This document shows, in pieces, positions 25,909-39,890 of a DNA stretch of 61,236 bases (the stretch's first letter is position 1; each line of letters opens with the position of its first letter). The notes under the pieces are model-generated. The model saw only the letters and a list, made by a program, of their open reading frames with translations. It made no database searches and had not been told where the DNA came from. Made by a program: the position numbers and the translations under genes. The DNA is from an uncultured Bacilli bacterium. GTDB lineage: Bacteria; Bacillota_I; Bacilli_A; RF39; UBA660. Where the stretch lies: positions 1 through 61,236 of the forward strand of contig CAKPBH010000002.1 of NCBI GenBank assembly GCA_934140355.1, written 5' to 3'.

Positions 25909-26700
25909 ATGAAAAAGAAAAGATTTATTTTAATTTCGCTCTTAAGCCTATTTATTTTAATACTATGTTTTGTCTGCTTTGTTGTTTTATACAATAATAT
26001 AATTGGATTTTCTAATCATCATCAGAATGATGAAGAAAAAGAAACTAAATCAGATAAATACTATGTAGATTCTTTTGAATTTACCAATAAAAGAACAATT
26101 GATATTTGTAAGAAGAATCAAAAAGAAAATTGTCTTTACCTAACACGTGATCTTTTTGATATTAAAGAGAAAAAAAATATTACTGAAGTAAACAATTTTT
26201 TAAAAGAAAATAATGCTACTAATCAAGAATATTATAATAGATATTTACAATCCAATCTTTCAGATGAAGCTTGTCAATTGGTAAAAAACAATTTAAATCA
26301 CCGTAGCTATCCTACTATCGAAAGTTTTTTATACCAAGATGATTCGGTTATTTCTATAGTTATCAATCGTACCATGACAGATGTATGTACCAAAGATTTT
26401 GAAAATCCGTGGCCTAGTAGTTATTTCTGGGATATCAAAAGAAATCGAGAAATAACAAATCAAGAATTCATGAAATTAATCAATGTTACAGAAGAAGAAG
26501 TATTAGATAGTATCGAAACATATGTTAGTAGTATTTCTGAAAATAATCAAATAGAGCTTGATATGAAAGACGTTTTACAAGAAAATGGCAATTATAAATA
26601 TATTACATTCTACTTAAGTGATAAATCTTTATGGGTAGGATTTATGTTAAAAGATTTAAATGATAAATATGTTTTTTTAACCACAACTATTGAGAGCTAA
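25909..26700 (+). CDS. Membrane-anchored hypothetical protein
   Basis: N-terminal TM helix. 17 nt downstream of the giant pilin gene, after an AGGAGG RBS. No motif recognised. Confidence 0.35.
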   Translation: MKKKRFILISLLSLFILILCFVCFVVLYNNIIGFSNHHQNDEEKETKSDKYYVDSFEFTNKRTIDICKKNQKENCLYLTRDLFDIKEKKNITEVNNFLKENNATNQEYYNRYLQSNLSDEACQLVKNNLNHRSYPTIESFLYQDDSVISIVINRTMTDVCTKDFENPWPSSYFWDIKRNREITNQEFMKLINVTEEEVLDSIETYVSSISENNQIELDMKDVLQENGNYKYITFYLSDKSLWVGFMLKDLNDKYVFLTTTIES

Positions 26701-26711
26701 TTTCAGTATAA

Positions 26712-27719
26712 TCAATTTGCTCTACTGTACACCCTCCCCTTTTCTATCTTGATATTCTTATAATATAAAAGTTCTGATACTGTCGTAAATTGATAGCCAT
26801 CTTTTAGGAGTTCTGGAATAATTAATTCTAAACTATTCGCCGTGGCACTATAGATATCATGCATTAAAATAATATCACCATCGCTTATATCTTTCATTAC
26901 TCTTTTATAAATATTTTTGGAACTATGATATTTCCAGTCTAATGTATCAATATTCCAAATAATAATTGGTCTATCAATTAAGGATTGAATTCTTTTATTA
27001 TAAGTTCCATAGCTAGGCCTTACTAGGGTTGGATAATGATTAATAATATTAAAAATGGAATCATCTACTTTTTTGATTTCATTTTTTATTTCCTCATTTT
27101 TTAGTTTGGTTAGTAATTTATGACTAAACATATGATTTCCTATTTCCATATTTAAGTTATCCATTCTTTTAATAATTTTTTCGTTTCCTTTGATATTGGT
27201 ACCAAGTATAAAGAAGGTTGCTTTAATATTATATTTTTCCAAAATATTTAGAATTTTAGAAGTATTATGGTTGGGACCATCATCAAAAGTTAAAGCAATC
27301 ATAGGTTTATTTATATCAATCATTTTATTTTGAATATAATCATATTCTTTTTTTTCCTTAGATATAGAAGTATCTATCTTTACTTTATCTTCTTCTAAAT
27401 TTACATTAATATTTTTACTCGTTTCTCTTACTAATATTCCATTCTCTTCATAAATGTAAAAAATAAGATTTAGACGATTACTTTCATTAATATAATCATA
27501 ATCAATAAATAAATAGTCATTTTGTTTTTTAGTATAAGAATTTAAATAAGTTGTTATATAATTATCAATTTCTTTTTTATTAAAATAAGGATATTCAATA
27601 TAAGTATTTTCATTAAGTAATATTTCTTTATTTAAAATTATCTCTCTTCTTTCATAAAAGTACATCAGCATTAAAATGAAAAGAGTTGATGTAAGAAGAA
27701 GAAAGATATTTTTTTTCAT
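26712..27719 (-). CDS. Polysaccharide deacetylase (NodB family), membrane-anchored, PdaC-like layout
   Basis: ALTFDDGPNHNTSKIL..ATFFILG, GNHMFSH, LVRPSYG, ILMHD. Confidence 0.85.
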   Translation of the reverse strand: MKKNIFLLLTSTLFILMLMYFYERREIILNKEILLNENTYIEYPYFNKKEIDNYITTYLNSYTKKQNDYLFIDYDYINESNRLNLIFYIYEENGILVRETSKNINVNLEEDKVKIDTSISKEKKEYDYIQNKMIDINKPMIALTFDDGPNHNTSKILNILEKYNIKATFFILGTNIKGNEKIIKRMDNLNMEIGNHMFSHKLLTKLKNEEIKNEIKKVDDSIFNIINHYPTLVRPSYGTYNKRIQSLIDRPIIIWNIDTLDWKYHSSKNIYKRVMKDISDGDIILMHDIYSATANSLELIIPELLKDGYQFTTVSELLYYKNIKIEKGRVYSRAN

Positions 27720-27803
27720 GTTATCACCTATTTAAGAATATTCGAATAAATTTCTACATATTAACAAAATTATTCGACAATTCTCCCATAATTTATTTGT
27801 ATA

Positions 27804-28079
27804 ATGAATTTAGTTGAAAGGAAGGTGATGTGTATCGAGATAAAGATTATTGGTTCTAATTGTTCAACTGGTAAAAGGTTGAAAAACATGATTGAGCGAG
27901 TTAGTAAGTCTATTCATAAAGATGTTTTGATTCGTGAATTAAATCATGCAAATGATAGAAAGAACTATAACGTTAGTATGATTCCGGCTTTAGTTATTGA
28001 GGATAAAATAATTAGTCAGGGAAAAGTACTAAGCGATAAAGAAATAAAAAAATTAATTGTAAGTAATGTTACAAACTAA
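27804..28079 (+). CDS. Small thioredoxin-fold protein (thioredoxin_3/MTH895-like) with an incomplete CxxC
   Basis: IEIKIIGSNCSTGKRL...IPALVIEDKIISQGKVLSDKEIKKL. The likely start is ATG 27828, because the TATAAT at 27799-27804 overlaps the first ATG. Confidence 0.55.
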   Translation: MNLVERKVMCIEIKIIGSNCSTGKRLKNMIERVSKSIHKDVLIRELNHANDRKNYNVSMIPALVIEDKIISQGKVLSDKEIKKLIVSNVTN

Positions 28080-28110
28080 TAGACACCTCTAAATATTAGT
28101 TACTACTCCT

Positions 28111-28150
28111 AAAAAAACCAGTTAGGTTTCACTCCCCTAACTGGTTTTCT
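28111..28150. terminator. Bidirectional rho-independent terminator between convergent genes
   Basis: aaaaaaa-ccagttagg-tttcactcc-cctaactgg-tttt: 9-bp perfect stem. Confidence 0.8.
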
Positions 28151-28151
28151 T

Positions 28152-30152
<2,001 letters not shown>

Positions 30153-30255
30153 TCATTCTCCTTATAGATTTATTTTATCAAAAATTAAAAGTATTGGGGG
30201 AATAATTTACTATGAGAATACTTCCTTTTATTTTTCTTAGGGTAAGGAATATTTT

Positions 30256-30948
30256 TTAAGATTTGAAAGCATCCCAAATAAAATTATCAGCATATTCTTG
30301 ATAGAGGTAATATTCTTGATAAGTATTAATAGTATATCCTAAGATAAGATATTTTTTTCTTAATTTAAGGATAAAATTATCTTTTAGAAGATTTAAATCT
30401 ACAGCTAAAAAATCAAGATGAAATAGGTTGAATTTTAAGAAAAAATGAAGTGGAAAATAATTGGGAAGAAAACGATTTAATAAAAGACCTAAAGGATAGG
30501 TTTTATTTTCTTTCCTCAAAAGATATAAAGGAACGAGATAAAAACTCATCATTGCGTATGGATAAGGATAGTCTGATAATTCTTCTACTAATTTTTTTAT
30601 TAGTATTTTTACTCTACTATCCCATTTAATTTCCAATAAAATAGGCACACTCCCTGAAATAAAAGTTAAAACATCTTTTAAATAAGGAATATCTGGATAA
30701 TTTTTTAGATCTTTTTTGGTTAATTGACTTACTTTTTTATTGGTGTTGTATATTCTTTTTAGAGTATCATCGTGGTAAATAATTAATTGCTGATCCCTAG
30801 TCATTCTTACATCAAGTTCAACTGTATAATTTCTTTTGATGGCTTCTTTTATGGATAAGAGGGTATTTTCTTGATATTTTTCATGAACGCCACGGTGGGC
30901 AATTTTGTTTTTCTTTAAGAAAGAGACAGATTTCAAATTCATCACCAC
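30256..30948 (-). CDS. Glycerophosphodiester phosphodiesterase family protein
   Basis: IAHRGVHEKYQENTL, ELDVRMTRDQQLIIYHDDTL. Confidence 0.8.
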   Translation of the reverse strand: MVMNLKSVSFLKKNKIAHRGVHEKYQENTLLSIKEAIKRNYTVELDVRMTRDQQLIIYHDDTLKRIYNTNKKVSQLTKKDLKNYPDIPYLKDVLTFISGSVPILLEIKWDSRVKILIKKLVEELSDYPYPYAMMSFYLVPLYLLRKENKTYPLGLLLNRFLPNYFPLHFFLKFNLFHLDFLAVDLNLLKDNFILKLRKKYLILGYTINTYQEYYLYQEYADNFIWDAFKS

Positions 30949-30987
30949 TATACTTTATTAAAAAAATGATAAAATATCAAAAAAGTA

Positions 30988-31016
30988 TTGATTTTATCTT
31001 ATAGCTATGATAAAAT
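30988..31016 (+). promoter_or_regulatory. Sigma-A type promoter of tRNA-His
   Basis: TTGATT (30988-30993), 17-nt spacer, TAAAAT (31011-31016) with an upstream TG. 12 nt before the tRNA. Confidence 0.6.
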
Positions 31017-31028
31017 ATTTATTGTCAT

Positions 31029-31105
31029 GGCGGATGTGGTGAAGGGGTTAACACATTGGATTGTGGTTCCAACATGCGTGGGTTCGAGTCCCACCATCCG
31101 TCCCA
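31029..31105 (+). tRNA. tRNA-His (anticodon GTG) with G-1 and encoded CCA
   Basis: Acceptor G-1/GCGGATG pairs with CATCCGT/C73. Anticodon arm TTGGA-TTGTGGT-TCCAA. T-arm GTGGG-TTCGAGT-CCCAC. 3-prime CCA. Confidence 0.9.
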
Positions 31106-31118
31106 TTTTATTGACAAT

Positions 31119-31144
31119 AAGAGTACTTTTGTACTCTTTTTTTA
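31119..31144 (+). terminator. Rho-independent terminator after tRNA-His
   Basis: aagagtac-tttt-gtactctt followed by a T-run. Confidence 0.8.
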
Positions 31145-31191
31145 TTGAAAATTTTTATCATCAATAACTGAAAAATAATTCATTTAAAAGC

Positions 31192-31221
31192 AAAAAAATA
31201 GTTACAACGTAACATGTAACT
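31192..31221 (-). terminator. Putative terminator downstream of ORF 31362..32039
   Basis: Minus strand agttaca-N8-tgtaact followed by attttttt. Confidence 0.5.
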
Positions 31222-31361
31222 ACTTTAAAAGCCTTTATAACATTTATAGACTTACCACTATATATACTTTGTATTCTCATAGTGATAATCTACTCTTTAT
31301 TCAATTTTTAACAACTTGTTTTCCTCATTTTATTTTTAATTTTAACATTCAAAACAAAACA

Positions 31362-32039
31362 TTATTTTTCTAAAACTCTTGTTCTCCTTAGCGTTGTACC
31401 CAAATTTTTCTCTTGAGAAAGTCCTTGATATTTTGTTGGATTTTTCTTTTTCTTCTTTTCAGAAACGATATTATATTCATTTAATTCCGTTTCTTTCATT
31501 TTATATTCATTAACAAAATTTCCCTTTTTCTGATTGCTTTTATAATCAAGAATATCTTTCAGCTTAAAAACTGCATAAGTTCCAGGTGCTGCAAAGATAA
31601 ACACCCCAATAGCACTCATCCACTCTCCTCCAACAACACTCATAGAAACAAAGGATAGAACTATACCAATAGCAGAGAGTAATGTTGATACCCCCCAGTC
31701 GACAGTTGTATTTTTTAAATCAATATTTTTAGGAAAATTTTTCGACTTATTCTCAAGATACTTTGTGTAATTAGCTTGTAACCATTCTTTTACGTCTTGA
31801 TAGTAATTATTTGTTAATTTCTTAATTTGTCTTTTTGGTACTATCTGGGGTTGTTTTTCTAAACCTTTTACATCATATTCATATCTATAATAAAGTTCTA
31901 TTTCATCCTCATCATTTAGCTCTGCGACAATTCTACTAATAGATCCAGCTTTACCATAAAATGACAACTGGTGTATGATCTTTTTCATAAAATCCCCCCT
32001 TATTGGGCTTATTATAATACAGAAATTACAAAAAAGCAA
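31362..32039 (-). CDS. Hypothetical membrane protein
   Basis: Likely start is M18 (about 31988) after AAGGGGGG. Two central TM helices. Lys-rich tail. Confidence 0.5.
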   Translation of the reverse strand: MLFCNFCIIISPIRGDFMKKIIHQLSFYGKAGSISRIVAELNDEDEIELYYRYEYDVKGLEKQPQIVPKRQIKKLTNNYYQDVKEWLQANYTKYLENKSKNFPKNIDLKNTTVDWGVSTLLSAIGIVLSFVSMSVVGGEWMSAIGVFIFAAPGTYAVFKLKDILDYKSNQKKGNFVNEYKMKETELNEYNIVSEKKKKKNPTKYQGLSQEKNLGTTLRRTRVLEK

Positions 32040-32071
32040 ATTAATTAACTTGTTATTAATTAATTCGCTTT

Positions 32072-32749
32072 TTAGCCACTTTTTAATGCTTTTTGCAAAA
32101 TTTTTCTTTTCTGTTGAATAGAAAAACGATAACGATAATGATTTTTAGGAATATTTGAATAAAAAGCATTCATTTTTTCTAAGTCTCGTTTTAGTTTTTG
32201 TCGAAAAAGGGGTGAATTTTCTTTTTGTAAACAAGGCCCTAGATATAACTGCTTTTTCGTATAAAAACGATATCCCCTCCCAAAAACAATAATCGTATAA
32301 ATGATATTAGCATCCATTACAAGAATTTCTTTTTTAATATAATAGCCTAAACTAGTTACCTTTTTTCTTAAAAAATCTAGATCATTATTGCTTTGGATGA
32401 TCAGGGTGCTAATATTTTTTAGTTTTTGATAACCTTGATTTAAGATTCCTACAATGGTATGTGCACCCATGCCAGAGATAATTACGGTTGTATTTTTTTG
32501 GGGGATGATGTTTTCTAAGCCATTACTTTGAATTGGCTCTATTTTTTCTTCTAAGTGGTATTTCTTTATGTTTTTTTTAGCATTGTTTAAGGCATTTTCA
32601 TTAATATCGCTAGCAATAATCTGAGCGTTTTGATATTTTTTCGCAAGAGCAATAGCTAAAAGTCCATGGTCACAGCCAATATCAATATAGTTTTCATTTT
32701 CTTCGATTAAATTGGCAAGACACTGTAATCGTTTGGATAATTTAGTCAT
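32072..32749 (-). CDS. trmK: tRNA (adenine22-N1)-methyltransferase TrmK
   Basis: [31 protein letters not shown]. Conserved position downstream of rpoD. Confidence 0.85.
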   Translation of the reverse strand: MTKLSKRLQCLANLIEENENYIDIGCDHGLLAIALAKKYQNAQIIASDINENALNNAKKNIKKYHLEEKIEPIQSNGLENIIPQKNTTVIISGMGAHTIVGILNQGYQKLKNISTLIIQSNNDLDFLRKKVTSLGYYIKKEILVMDANIIYTIIVFGRGYRFYTKKQLYLGPCLQKENSPLFRQKLKRDLEKMNAFYSNIPKNHYRYRFSIQQKRKILQKALKSG

Positions 32750-33842
32750 TTAAGAAATCCTTTAGTTTTCTACTTCTTGATGGATGTCTTAATTTTCGTA
32801 AAGCTTTGGCCTCAATTTGTCTGATTCTCTCTCTAGTTACACCAAACATTTGCCCTACTTCTTCTAGGGTTTTGCATGAGCCATCATCAAGACCAAAACG
32901 TAATCTTAAGACTTGTTCTTCTCTTTCTGTTAGCGTTAATAAAACATCGCTAATTTCGTCTTTTAATAGTTCATGAATGGTATATTCTTCAGGAGACATA
33001 CTTCTTTCGTCTTTAACGAAATCTCCTAAGTGAGAATCATCTTCTTCTCCAATTGGTGTTTCTAAGGAAACTGGATCTTGAGCAATTTTAATTACTTCTC
33101 TAATTTTTTCAACAGGCATTCCCATTTTCTTAGCAAGTTCCTCATCGGTTGGTTCACGATTTAATTCTAGAGTTAATTGTCTTTGATATCTAGATAGTTT
33201 ATTAATTGTTTCTACCATATGAACGGGAACACGAATGGTTCTAGCCTGATCAGCAATAGCTCTAGTAATGGCTTGTCTGATCCACCAAGTGGCATAGGTT
33301 GAGAATTTATATCCTTTATTCGCATCAAATTTCTCAACGGCTTTCATTAGCCCGATATTTCCTTCTTGAATTAAATCAAGGAAAAGCATTCCTCGACCAA
33401 CGTATCTTTTTGCAATACTAACGACTAGACGAAGGTTTGATTCAGCTAAGATGTTTTTTGCCTCTTCGTCTCCTGCAGCAATTCGTTCAGATAATTTGGT
33501 TTCTTCTTCTAGGGATAATAAGCTAATTCTTCCGATTTCTTTTAAATACATCCGAACAGGATCATTGATGGATAAATCTTTAGCAATGGTGTTATCTTTT
33601 AGGATATCTTCAATATCTCCTCCAACATCTTCATCTGAGTCATTTCCTACTTCTGATTCGTCGTTTACGATTTCAATTCCTGCTTCAATTAGGGAATTAT
33701 ATAAATCATCTAGGGAATCACTATCTAAATCTAGTCCTTTTAGGCCATTAGCTAGTTCTTCATAAGTAATAAATCCTTTAGTTTTTCCTTTTTTAATTAA
33801 TTCTTCTTTTCTTTGTTCAAATGTTTTGATTTCTTCAATCAT
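32742..33842 (-). CDS. rpoD: Primary RNA polymerase sigma factor RpoD/SigA
   Basis: [91 protein letters not shown]. Confidence 0.97.
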   Translation of the reverse strand: MIEEIKTFEQRKEELIKKGKTKGFITYEELANGLKGLDLDSDSLDDLYNSLIEAGIEIVNDESEVGNDSDEDVGGDIEDILKDNTIAKDLSINDPVRMYLKEIGRISLLSLEEETKLSERIAAGDEEAKNILAESNLRLVVSIAKRYVGRGMLFLDLIQEGNIGLMKAVEKFDANKGYKFSTYATWWIRQAITRAIADQARTIRVPVHMVETINKLSRYQRQLTLELNREPTDEELAKKMGMPVEKIREVIKIAQDPVSLETPIGEEDDSHLGDFVKDERSMSPEEYTIHELLKDEISDVLLTLTEREEQVLRLRFGLDDGSCKTLEEVGQMFGVTRERIRQIEAKALRKLRHPSRSRKLKDFLND

Positions 33843-35562
33843 TATTCTTCACTCCTCTTATTTTCATCATCTCGGCAATGATGGAAACTTGTTTCATAGG
33901 GTCGGTTTCTTTTTTTAGGTCTTCATTTAATTTGTCGATGATATTTTTTTTATAATAATAATTAATACATTTTATATAGTCTTCAATTTCTTCCTTGGTA
34001 TACGTACTTTTTAAATTTAGAGTAAAAATATCTTGAAATGTATCAGCGACGTTTGTTTCGGTTTCTAAATACGTGATAAAATCAGCGACAATGAGTTGTC
34101 CATATTTGTGATAATAAGCAATAATTTCATTAAATAGTCTTCTTTTTTTATCATCTAGTATCATTGAAACGGTATCTTCTGCTTTTAAAACGACATCAGG
34201 GGACTTAGTCATATAGTATAACAAATTATCGGTCGCTTGTCTATATTGTGTATTATTTTTCCTCCTTATTTCTTTTTGAATGGGAGGGACAATACTTATT
34301 TTGCTTTTTTTCTTGTATTCTAAATAGCGGCTATTTAAGGTACTATACTCCATATTAAAACGGGTTGCTAATTTTTTTAAAGTTAATTCCACTAAAATTT
34401 CATCTTTTTCTTTTAATAGTTCATGAATGATCTGATTGAGATAAATACTCGTTTCTTTAGTGTCATTTAGATTTTTTTCTTGGCTTAGAATGTTCATTTT
34501 GAAATCAATGACATTCATTGGATTTTTTATTTTTTCTAAAAAAGCAGCTGCTCCTCTTTTGATAATGAATTCATCGGGATCTTTTTCTTCTAGACGGATG
34601 ATCTTTGTATCAACCATAGCTTCTTCTAATAAAGGAATCGCATGGATTGTTGCTAATTCTCCAGCCTTATCTCCATCAAAGCATAGGATAATATGGTTGG
34701 TGATTTTTTTTAAAATTTGGATATGATTTTTGGTAAGAGAGGTTCCCATTGGCGCAACACAGTTATTGACTCCGATGGTGGACGCTCTAATGACATCAAA
34801 ATATCCTTCCATGATGATGATGCTATCTTCTTTATTTAATTTACTATGGGCTCTATGATAATTGTATAAAATGTTTCCTTTATCAAAAATTTTAGTTGCT
34901 TTGGTATTGATGTATTTGCTACTATCCTTAGTTTGATAAATTCTTCCCCCAAATCCGATTGGGTTTCCATATAAATCATGAATAGGAATCATGATTCTAT
35001 CGTTAAAGATATCTTTTTGTTCTGTATTTGTTAATCCCAAGTCAATTAAAGTGTTTAAGTCATACTGATTTAAAAGAAATGGAGTTAGTGGTTGTTTCGA
35101 GATGGAAAGTCCTATTTCAAATTTTTTAATGGCCTCACGGTCAATTTTTCTGTCTTCTAGATATTTAATAGCGTTTTCTCCTAAAATACTATTGATGTTA
35201 TTCTGATAGTACTTAATTGACAAAGACATGATTTCATAATATTTTGTATTTTTATTTTCTACTCTCTCTGTATTGACTTGGTAGCCATCTTCACTTGCAA
35301 GTAATTGAATCGCTTGTCCATATGTGATATTTTCCATACCAGCTATAAAATTAAAGATATTGCCTGCTTTTTTACAGGCGAAGCACTGAAACATATCTAG
35401 TCTTGTTGAAACAGACATTGAGGCGTTGTTATCCGCATGAAAGGGACAGAGCCCCCAATAATCCTCCCCTCTTTTTGTTAAAGGGATATATCTTTCGACA
35501 ATTTCTTTAATGGGATGTTTTCTTCTGATTGCTTGAACGGTAGCTTCATCAATATGTGCCAT
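33835..35562 (-). CDS. dnaG: DNA primase
   Basis: Zn finger [15 protein letters not shown]...[28 protein letters not shown]...LCFDGDKAG. Confidence 0.95.
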   Translation of the reverse strand: MAHIDEATVQAIRRKHPIKEIVERYIPLTKRGEDYWGLCPFHADNNASMSVSTRLDMFQCFACKKAGNIFNFIAGMENITYGQAIQLLASEDGYQVNTERVENKNTKYYEIMSLSIKYYQNNINSILGENAIKYLEDRKIDREAIKKFEIGLSISKQPLTPFLLNQYDLNTLIDLGLTNTEQKDIFNDRIMIPIHDLYGNPIGFGGRIYQTKDSSKYINTKATKIFDKGNILYNYHRAHSKLNKEDSIIIMEGYFDVIRASTIGVNNCVAPMGTSLTKNHIQILKKITNHIILCFDGDKAGELATIHAIPLLEEAMVDTKIIRLEEKDPDEFIIKRGAAAFLEKIKNPMNVIDFKMNILSQEKNLNDTKETSIYLNQIIHELLKEKDEILVELTLKKLATRFNMEYSTLNSRYLEYKKKSKISIVPPIQKEIRRKNNTQYRQATDNLLYYMTKSPDVVLKAEDTVSMILDDKKRRLFNEIIAYYHKYGQLIVADFITYLETETNVADTFQDIFTLNLKSTYTKEEIEDYIKCINYYYKKNIIDKLNEDLKKETDPMKQVSIIAEMMKIRGVKNND

Positions 35563-35694
35563 GACATCACCCTCTAATATTAATATTCTACATAAGTTTG
35601 TAATTTCCTTTTTTTCTTCTTTATTTTTTTAAAAAAGTTTTTTATTTGACACTTTTTTGACATTTTTTTAAAGGAAAAATGCTGAATCAGTATT

Positions 35695-36783
35695 TTACTG
35701 AATAAACATACAGTCTCCAAAAGAAAAGAATTGATATTTCTTGGAAACTGCTTCCTTATAGGCATTTAAGATGATTTCTTTGGAACTAAAGGCCGCTACT
35801 AACATGATTAGGGTGGATTTTGGAAGATGGAAGTTAGTAATTAGAGCATCGATGGCTTCGTATTTGAATCCAGGATAAATAAAGATGTTTGTCCAACCGG
35901 AACATTCTTCAAAGTGGTGATATTTTTTCATAATAGTTTCTAATGTTCTGGTAGTGGTAGTACCAACGGCAATAATTCTTCTTCCTTCTTCTTTGGCTTT
36001 ATTTAGTTGATTAGCTACTTCCTTTTCCATGCTATAAAATTCACTGTGCATAGTGTGTTTGGTTACGTCCTCGACATTAACAGGACGAAAAGTTCCTAAT
36101 CCAACGTGTAAGGTAATATAACAAATATTTACTCCCTTATTAGCAAGAGTTTGTAAGAGCTCTTTTGTAAAATGTAAGCCAGCAGTTGGGGCTGCAGCAC
36201 TACCGATATTTTTGGCATAAACGGTTTGGTAGCGTTCTTTATCTTCTAATTGTTCTTTGATGTATGGAGGAAGTGGCATAGTTCCTAGTTGATCTAATAT
36301 TTCATAAAATAGTCCATCATAAGTAAATTCGATTTCACGGATTCCTTCTTCCTTAGTAGTTATACATTCTGCTTTTAACAAACCATTACCAAAATTTAAT
36401 TTTGTCCCTACTTTTACTCTTTTTGCAGGTTTTACTAAACATTGCCAGATATCTTTTTCTTGATTTTTTAACAGTAATATCTCGACATGAGCATTGGTTT
36501 CTTCCTTTATTCCAAATAGTCTTGCGGGTAATACTTTGGTATCATTTAAAACAAGAGTATCCCCCTCTTTTAAATAATCAGTAATATCAGAAAATATTTT
36601 ATCCCAAGTTTCCCCTGTTTTTCTATCTAAAACCATCATTTTGCATTTATCCCTTTTTTGGCTTGGGTGTTGTGCGATTAATTCTTCTGGTAAATTATAA
36701 TCAAAATCGTCTGTTTTCATTTTTAACACTCCCTTTTTTTCGTACTTTAGTATTATAACACAAGAAAAAAGAAAAAGAGACAA
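35695..36783 (-). CDS. queA: S-adenosylmethionine:tRNA ribosyltransferase-isomerase
   Basis: Real start is probably M22 (about 36720) after AAAGGGAG: [45 protein letters not shown]. Confidence 0.95.
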   Translation of the reverse strand: MSLFLFSCVIILKYEKKGVLKMKTDDFDYNLPEELIAQHPSQKRDKCKMMVLDRKTGETWDKIFSDITDYLKEGDTLVLNDTKVLPARLFGIKEETNAHVEILLLKNQEKDIWQCLVKPAKRVKVGTKLNFGNGLLKAECITTKEEGIREIEFTYDGLFYEILDQLGTMPLPPYIKEQLEDKERYQTVYAKNIGSAAAPTAGLHFTKELLQTLANKGVNICYITLHVGLGTFRPVNVEDVTKHTMHSEFYSMEKEVANQLNKAKEEGRRIIAVGTTTTRTLETIMKKYHHFEECSGWTNIFIYPGFKYEAIDALITNFHLPKSTLIMLVAAFSSKEIILNAYKEAVSKKYQFFSFGDCMFIQ

Positions 36784-36793
36784 AAATGTTTCT

Positions 36794-39763
36794 TTATTTT
36801 TTGTTTTCTTTTTCGATATCTTCTAATTTAACACTAACAAGTTTACTAACCCCGGATTCTTGCATCGTAATTCCATATAAGGTATTAGCAAACTCCATTG
36901 TTTTTTTCTTATGGGTAATTAGAATGAATTGGGTTTTGTTACGGTATTCATCTAAATAGCGACCAAAACTCTCAACATTAGCGTCATCTAGAGCAGCTTC
37001 TACCTCATCTAGTAAACAAAAAGGAACTGGCCTTACATTTAGTATTGCAAATAATAGAGAAATAGCAGTAAATGTTTTTTCGCCCCCACTTAGAAGAGTA
37101 ATATTTTTTAAGTTTTTCCCCGAAGGAATGGCCTCTATTTCAATTCCTGTTTCTAATAAGTTATCAGGATCAGTCAGTCTTAATTCAGCACTTCCTCCCC
37201 GAAACATTTGATGAAAGACTTTTTTAAATTCAAGACGGATGCTTTCAAAAGTTTTCAAAAACTTCTCTTTCATGATGTCATCCATTTCTTTCATGATTTC
37301 TAAAAGCGTACTTTCTGCATTTTTTAAGTCTTGTCTTTGACTATTTAAAAATTCATATCTTTCTTTTAGTTGTTTGTATTCTTCGATTGCCTCAACATTA
37401 ACATAACCTAGTGACTTAATTTCATTTTTTAAGTCTCTTACTTTTTCCCGAGCGATATTTTCTGGTATTTCTAGTTTGTAATTATTAATAGCGGATTCAT
37501 AGGTAAGATTATATTCTTCTCCTAAGGAAATTAATAAATTATCTAGTTTAATATCCATAGTATTTCTCTTAATTTCTAATTCTTTTAAGACTTTTTCTTT
37601 TTGACTAATATTAGCATTATCTTGTTTGGATAAGGCTTCTATTTCATTGATATGTTCTTCAATATTTTTCTTTTTACTGGTCAAAAGATTAATTTCTTTT
37701 TCAATATTATCATGAGAAGCAATAGCACTATAATACATATTTAGCATTCTCTCTAACTCTTGGTCGCTACTATTTTCTTGGATGGCGGTGCTATTTTTAA
37801 TCTCTAATTCTAAGGAGGCAATGAATTCTTGTTGCTCGATTAATTTTTTCTTTTTTTCATTAATCACTTCTTCACTAGCTTTGGTGTTGGTTGTTTTTTC
37901 TAGTACTTCTTGATTCAAAATATCTATTTTTTTATTTTGAGTAGTAAGTAAATCTTCTAGTTCTTTTCTTTTTTCTTTTTTGCTTTCTTGCTCTAAAAGA
38001 CTATTTTCTAAATCATATTTTTCTTTGATAATATTATTTTTATTTTGAATACTTCCTCCAGTTATCGAACCCCCAACATTAATGACTTGTCCATCTAAAG
38101 TGACAATTTTATAGCGATTAAAAATACTTTTACTGATATCTGCTGCAGTATCAATATTTTCACAAATAATAATATTTCCCAAAAGATTTGTGATAATATT
38201 TTGATATATTTCTTGATATTCTACTAAATTAGAAGCAAGATCAATAAAACCAGGAGCATTTTTTAACTTTTCTAAAGTTTGACTATCAATGGTTCTTGGC
38301 TTAATGGTATCAAGTGGAAGAAAAGTTGCCCGACCTAAGTTATTTTCTTTTAAATAAGTTACCATCTGCTTAGCATCATGAGTAGTATCCACTACCAAAT
38401 AATTAATACTAGCAGATAGGGCTGTGGTAATCGCTGTAGTATAAAGATTATCCATAGTAATTAAAGAACCAACGATATGATGAACACCAACAAGACGTTT
38501 ATTATTCAAAATACTTTTTACAGAATGAGGAAGGGAACTACTTTTTTCTAAAGAATCACGCAAATAATTGATTTTATATTCTAAGTTGCTGATCTCTTGG
38601 TGGTTTTTTTCTAGCATACTAGTTAGTTTATTTTTGTATTCTAATTCTACTTGTAGTTTTTGACTTGTGTCTTTTAGTTTAGTAACCTCCTCAGTTAATT
38701 TAGCCTGTTCTGTAAAAATAGAATTATTTTGTTCATTTAATGTATTCTTCGCTTTTAAAAGTTGTTCTTTTTGACGAATTAAGTTTTCTTCTTCTTTGGA
38801 TTTATCTGTAGCACTATATTGTTCTTTCATCTTGAAAAGCCGAATATCTGCATTAATTTTTTCAATACTTTTAGTCAGTTCTATCAAAGTATTTTGTTCT
38901 TCTCTTAACCTTTCTTCTAATTTCTTTTGTTCATCTTTCTTTTCTAAAAGCTCAACGTCATAAGTAGAATGTGTACTAGATAGTTTGACTACTTCATCTT
39001 TTAGATTGTCAATTTTTTCAACAAGGATTTTTTCTTCGTGGGTTAGTTTAGTAATGTCAGAGGCAATTAAAGAAATGTTTAAATTAGATAGAACATCTTT
39101 TACTTCCAGGTATTTAGTAGCATCCCTACTCTGACGCTCTAGAGGAGTAAGATTGTTTTCTAATTCATTAATAATATCATTTACCCGATTTAAGTTTAAG
39201 TTGGTTCTTTCCAATTTTTTAACCGCTTCTTCTTTTCTTTTTTTATATTTCATCACCCCAGCAGCACTTTCAAAGACCCCTCTTCTATCGGCTGGTTTTG
39301 TAGATAAGATTTCGTCGATTTTTCCTTGAGAAATAATATTGAAACTTTCTTTATCAGCACCAGTATCAGTTAAAAGATTAGTAATATCTTTTAATCGACA
39401 TTTCTCATTGTTTAAATAATATTCATTTTCGCCACTACGATAGATAACCCTTTTTACAGATACTTCTGTATATTGAATAGGAAGATAGAAATCAGTATTA
39501 TCAAAGATTAAAGTTACAGAGGCACTATTTAATGGTTTCCTACTTTTACTACCTGAGAAAATAATATCCGTCGCCGTCTCCCCTCTTAATGATTTCATCG
39601 ATTGTTCTCCCAGCACCCATCTTACCGCATCAACAACATTGGATTTCCCACTTCCATTTGGCCCCACAATTCCATTGATGTTTTTTTCAAAATTAATTTC
39701 TATTTTATCGGCAAAGGATTTAAAGCCGTATGCTTTTATTGTTTTTAAATACATCTTTATCAC
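36794..39763 (-). CDS. smc: Chromosome segregation protein SMC (short coiled-coil form)
   Basis: GFKSFA...[13 protein letters not shown] Walker A. Hinge region. [17 protein letters not shown] signature. [10 protein letters not shown] Walker B. Likely start is the ATG at about 39754. Confidence 0.95.
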   Translation of the reverse strand: MIKMYLKTIKAYGFKSFADKIEINFEKNINGIVGPNGSGKSNVVDAVRWVLGEQSMKSLRGETATDIIFSGSKSRKPLNSASVTLIFDNTDFYLPIQYTEVSVKRVIYRSGENEYYLNNEKCRLKDITNLLTDTGADKESFNIISQGKIDEILSTKPADRRGVFESAAGVMKYKKRKEEAVKKLERTNLNLNRVNDIINELENNLTPLERQSRDATKYLEVKDVLSNLNISLIASDITKLTHEEKILVEKIDNLKDEVVKLSSTHSTYDVELLEKKDEQKKLEERLREEQNTLIELTKSIEKINADIRLFKMKEQYSATDKSKEEENLIRQKEQLLKAKNTLNEQNNSIFTEQAKLTEEVTKLKDTSQKLQVELEYKNKLTSMLEKNHQEISNLEYKINYLRDSLEKSSSLPHSVKSILNNKRLVGVHHIVGSLITMDNLYTTAITTALSASINYLVVDTTHDAKQMVTYLKENNLGRATFLPLDTIKPRTIDSQTLEKLKNAPGFIDLASNLVEYQEIYQNIITNLLGNIIICENIDTAADISKSIFNRYKIVTLDGQVINVGGSITGGSIQNKNNIIKEKYDLENSLLEQESKKEKRKELEDLLTTQNKKIDILNQEVLEKTTNTKASEEVINEKKKKLIEQQEFIASLELEIKNSTAIQENSSDQELERMLNMYYSAIASHDNIEKEINLLTSKKKNIEEHINEIEALSKQDNANISQKEKVLKELEIKRNTMDIKLDNLLISLGEEYNLTYESAINNYKLEIPENIAREKVRDLKNEIKSLGYVNVEAIEEYKQLKERYEFLNSQRQDLKNAESTLLEIMKEMDDIMKEKFLKTFESIRLEFKKVFHQMFRGGSAELRLTDPDNLLETGIEIEAIPSGKNLKNITLLSGGEKTFTAISLLFAILNVRPVPFCLLDEVEAALDDANVESFGRYLDEYRNKTQFILITHKKKTMEFANTLYGITMQESGVSKLVSVKLEDIEKENKK

Positions 39764-39890
39764 TCTCTTACATCTTGTTTTAGTATAGCTTATTTTTGTT
39801 GGTTTTACAAGCTAGTTATCTTTTTGTAAATTCTAAATTTTTAGTCCCCAGAGTAAGAAAAGTTCATCATTTTAACCAGATGAACTTGCC

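Noticed and set aside
33451-33765. Plus-strand ORFs antisense to known genes (1894..2082, 8148..8339, 15449..15694, 20519..20824, 20923..21120, 21401..21619, 28219..28419, 33451..33765, 34460..34726, 36402..36584, 40364..40591, 41152..41349, 44480..45004, 47803..47988, 50104..50357, 51154..51759, 53272..53487, 54359..54559, 56161..56355, 59553..59753)
   Set aside because: All lie inside well-supported genes on the opposite strand or in another frame. They have low-complexity compositions and no RBS, so they are shadow ORFs.
35580-35765. The 61-aa ORF between dnaG and queA, and the 65-aa ORF 41747..41944
   Set aside because: Lys/Phe-rich translations of AT-rich intergenic or overlapping sequence, with no RBS and overlapping real gene ends.
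36794-39763. The short SMC (about 986 aa versus about 1180 aa in Bacillus) as a possible truncation
   Set aside because: Both head halves, the hinge and the signature motif are intact. Short coiled-coil SMCs are normal in some low-GC lineages.
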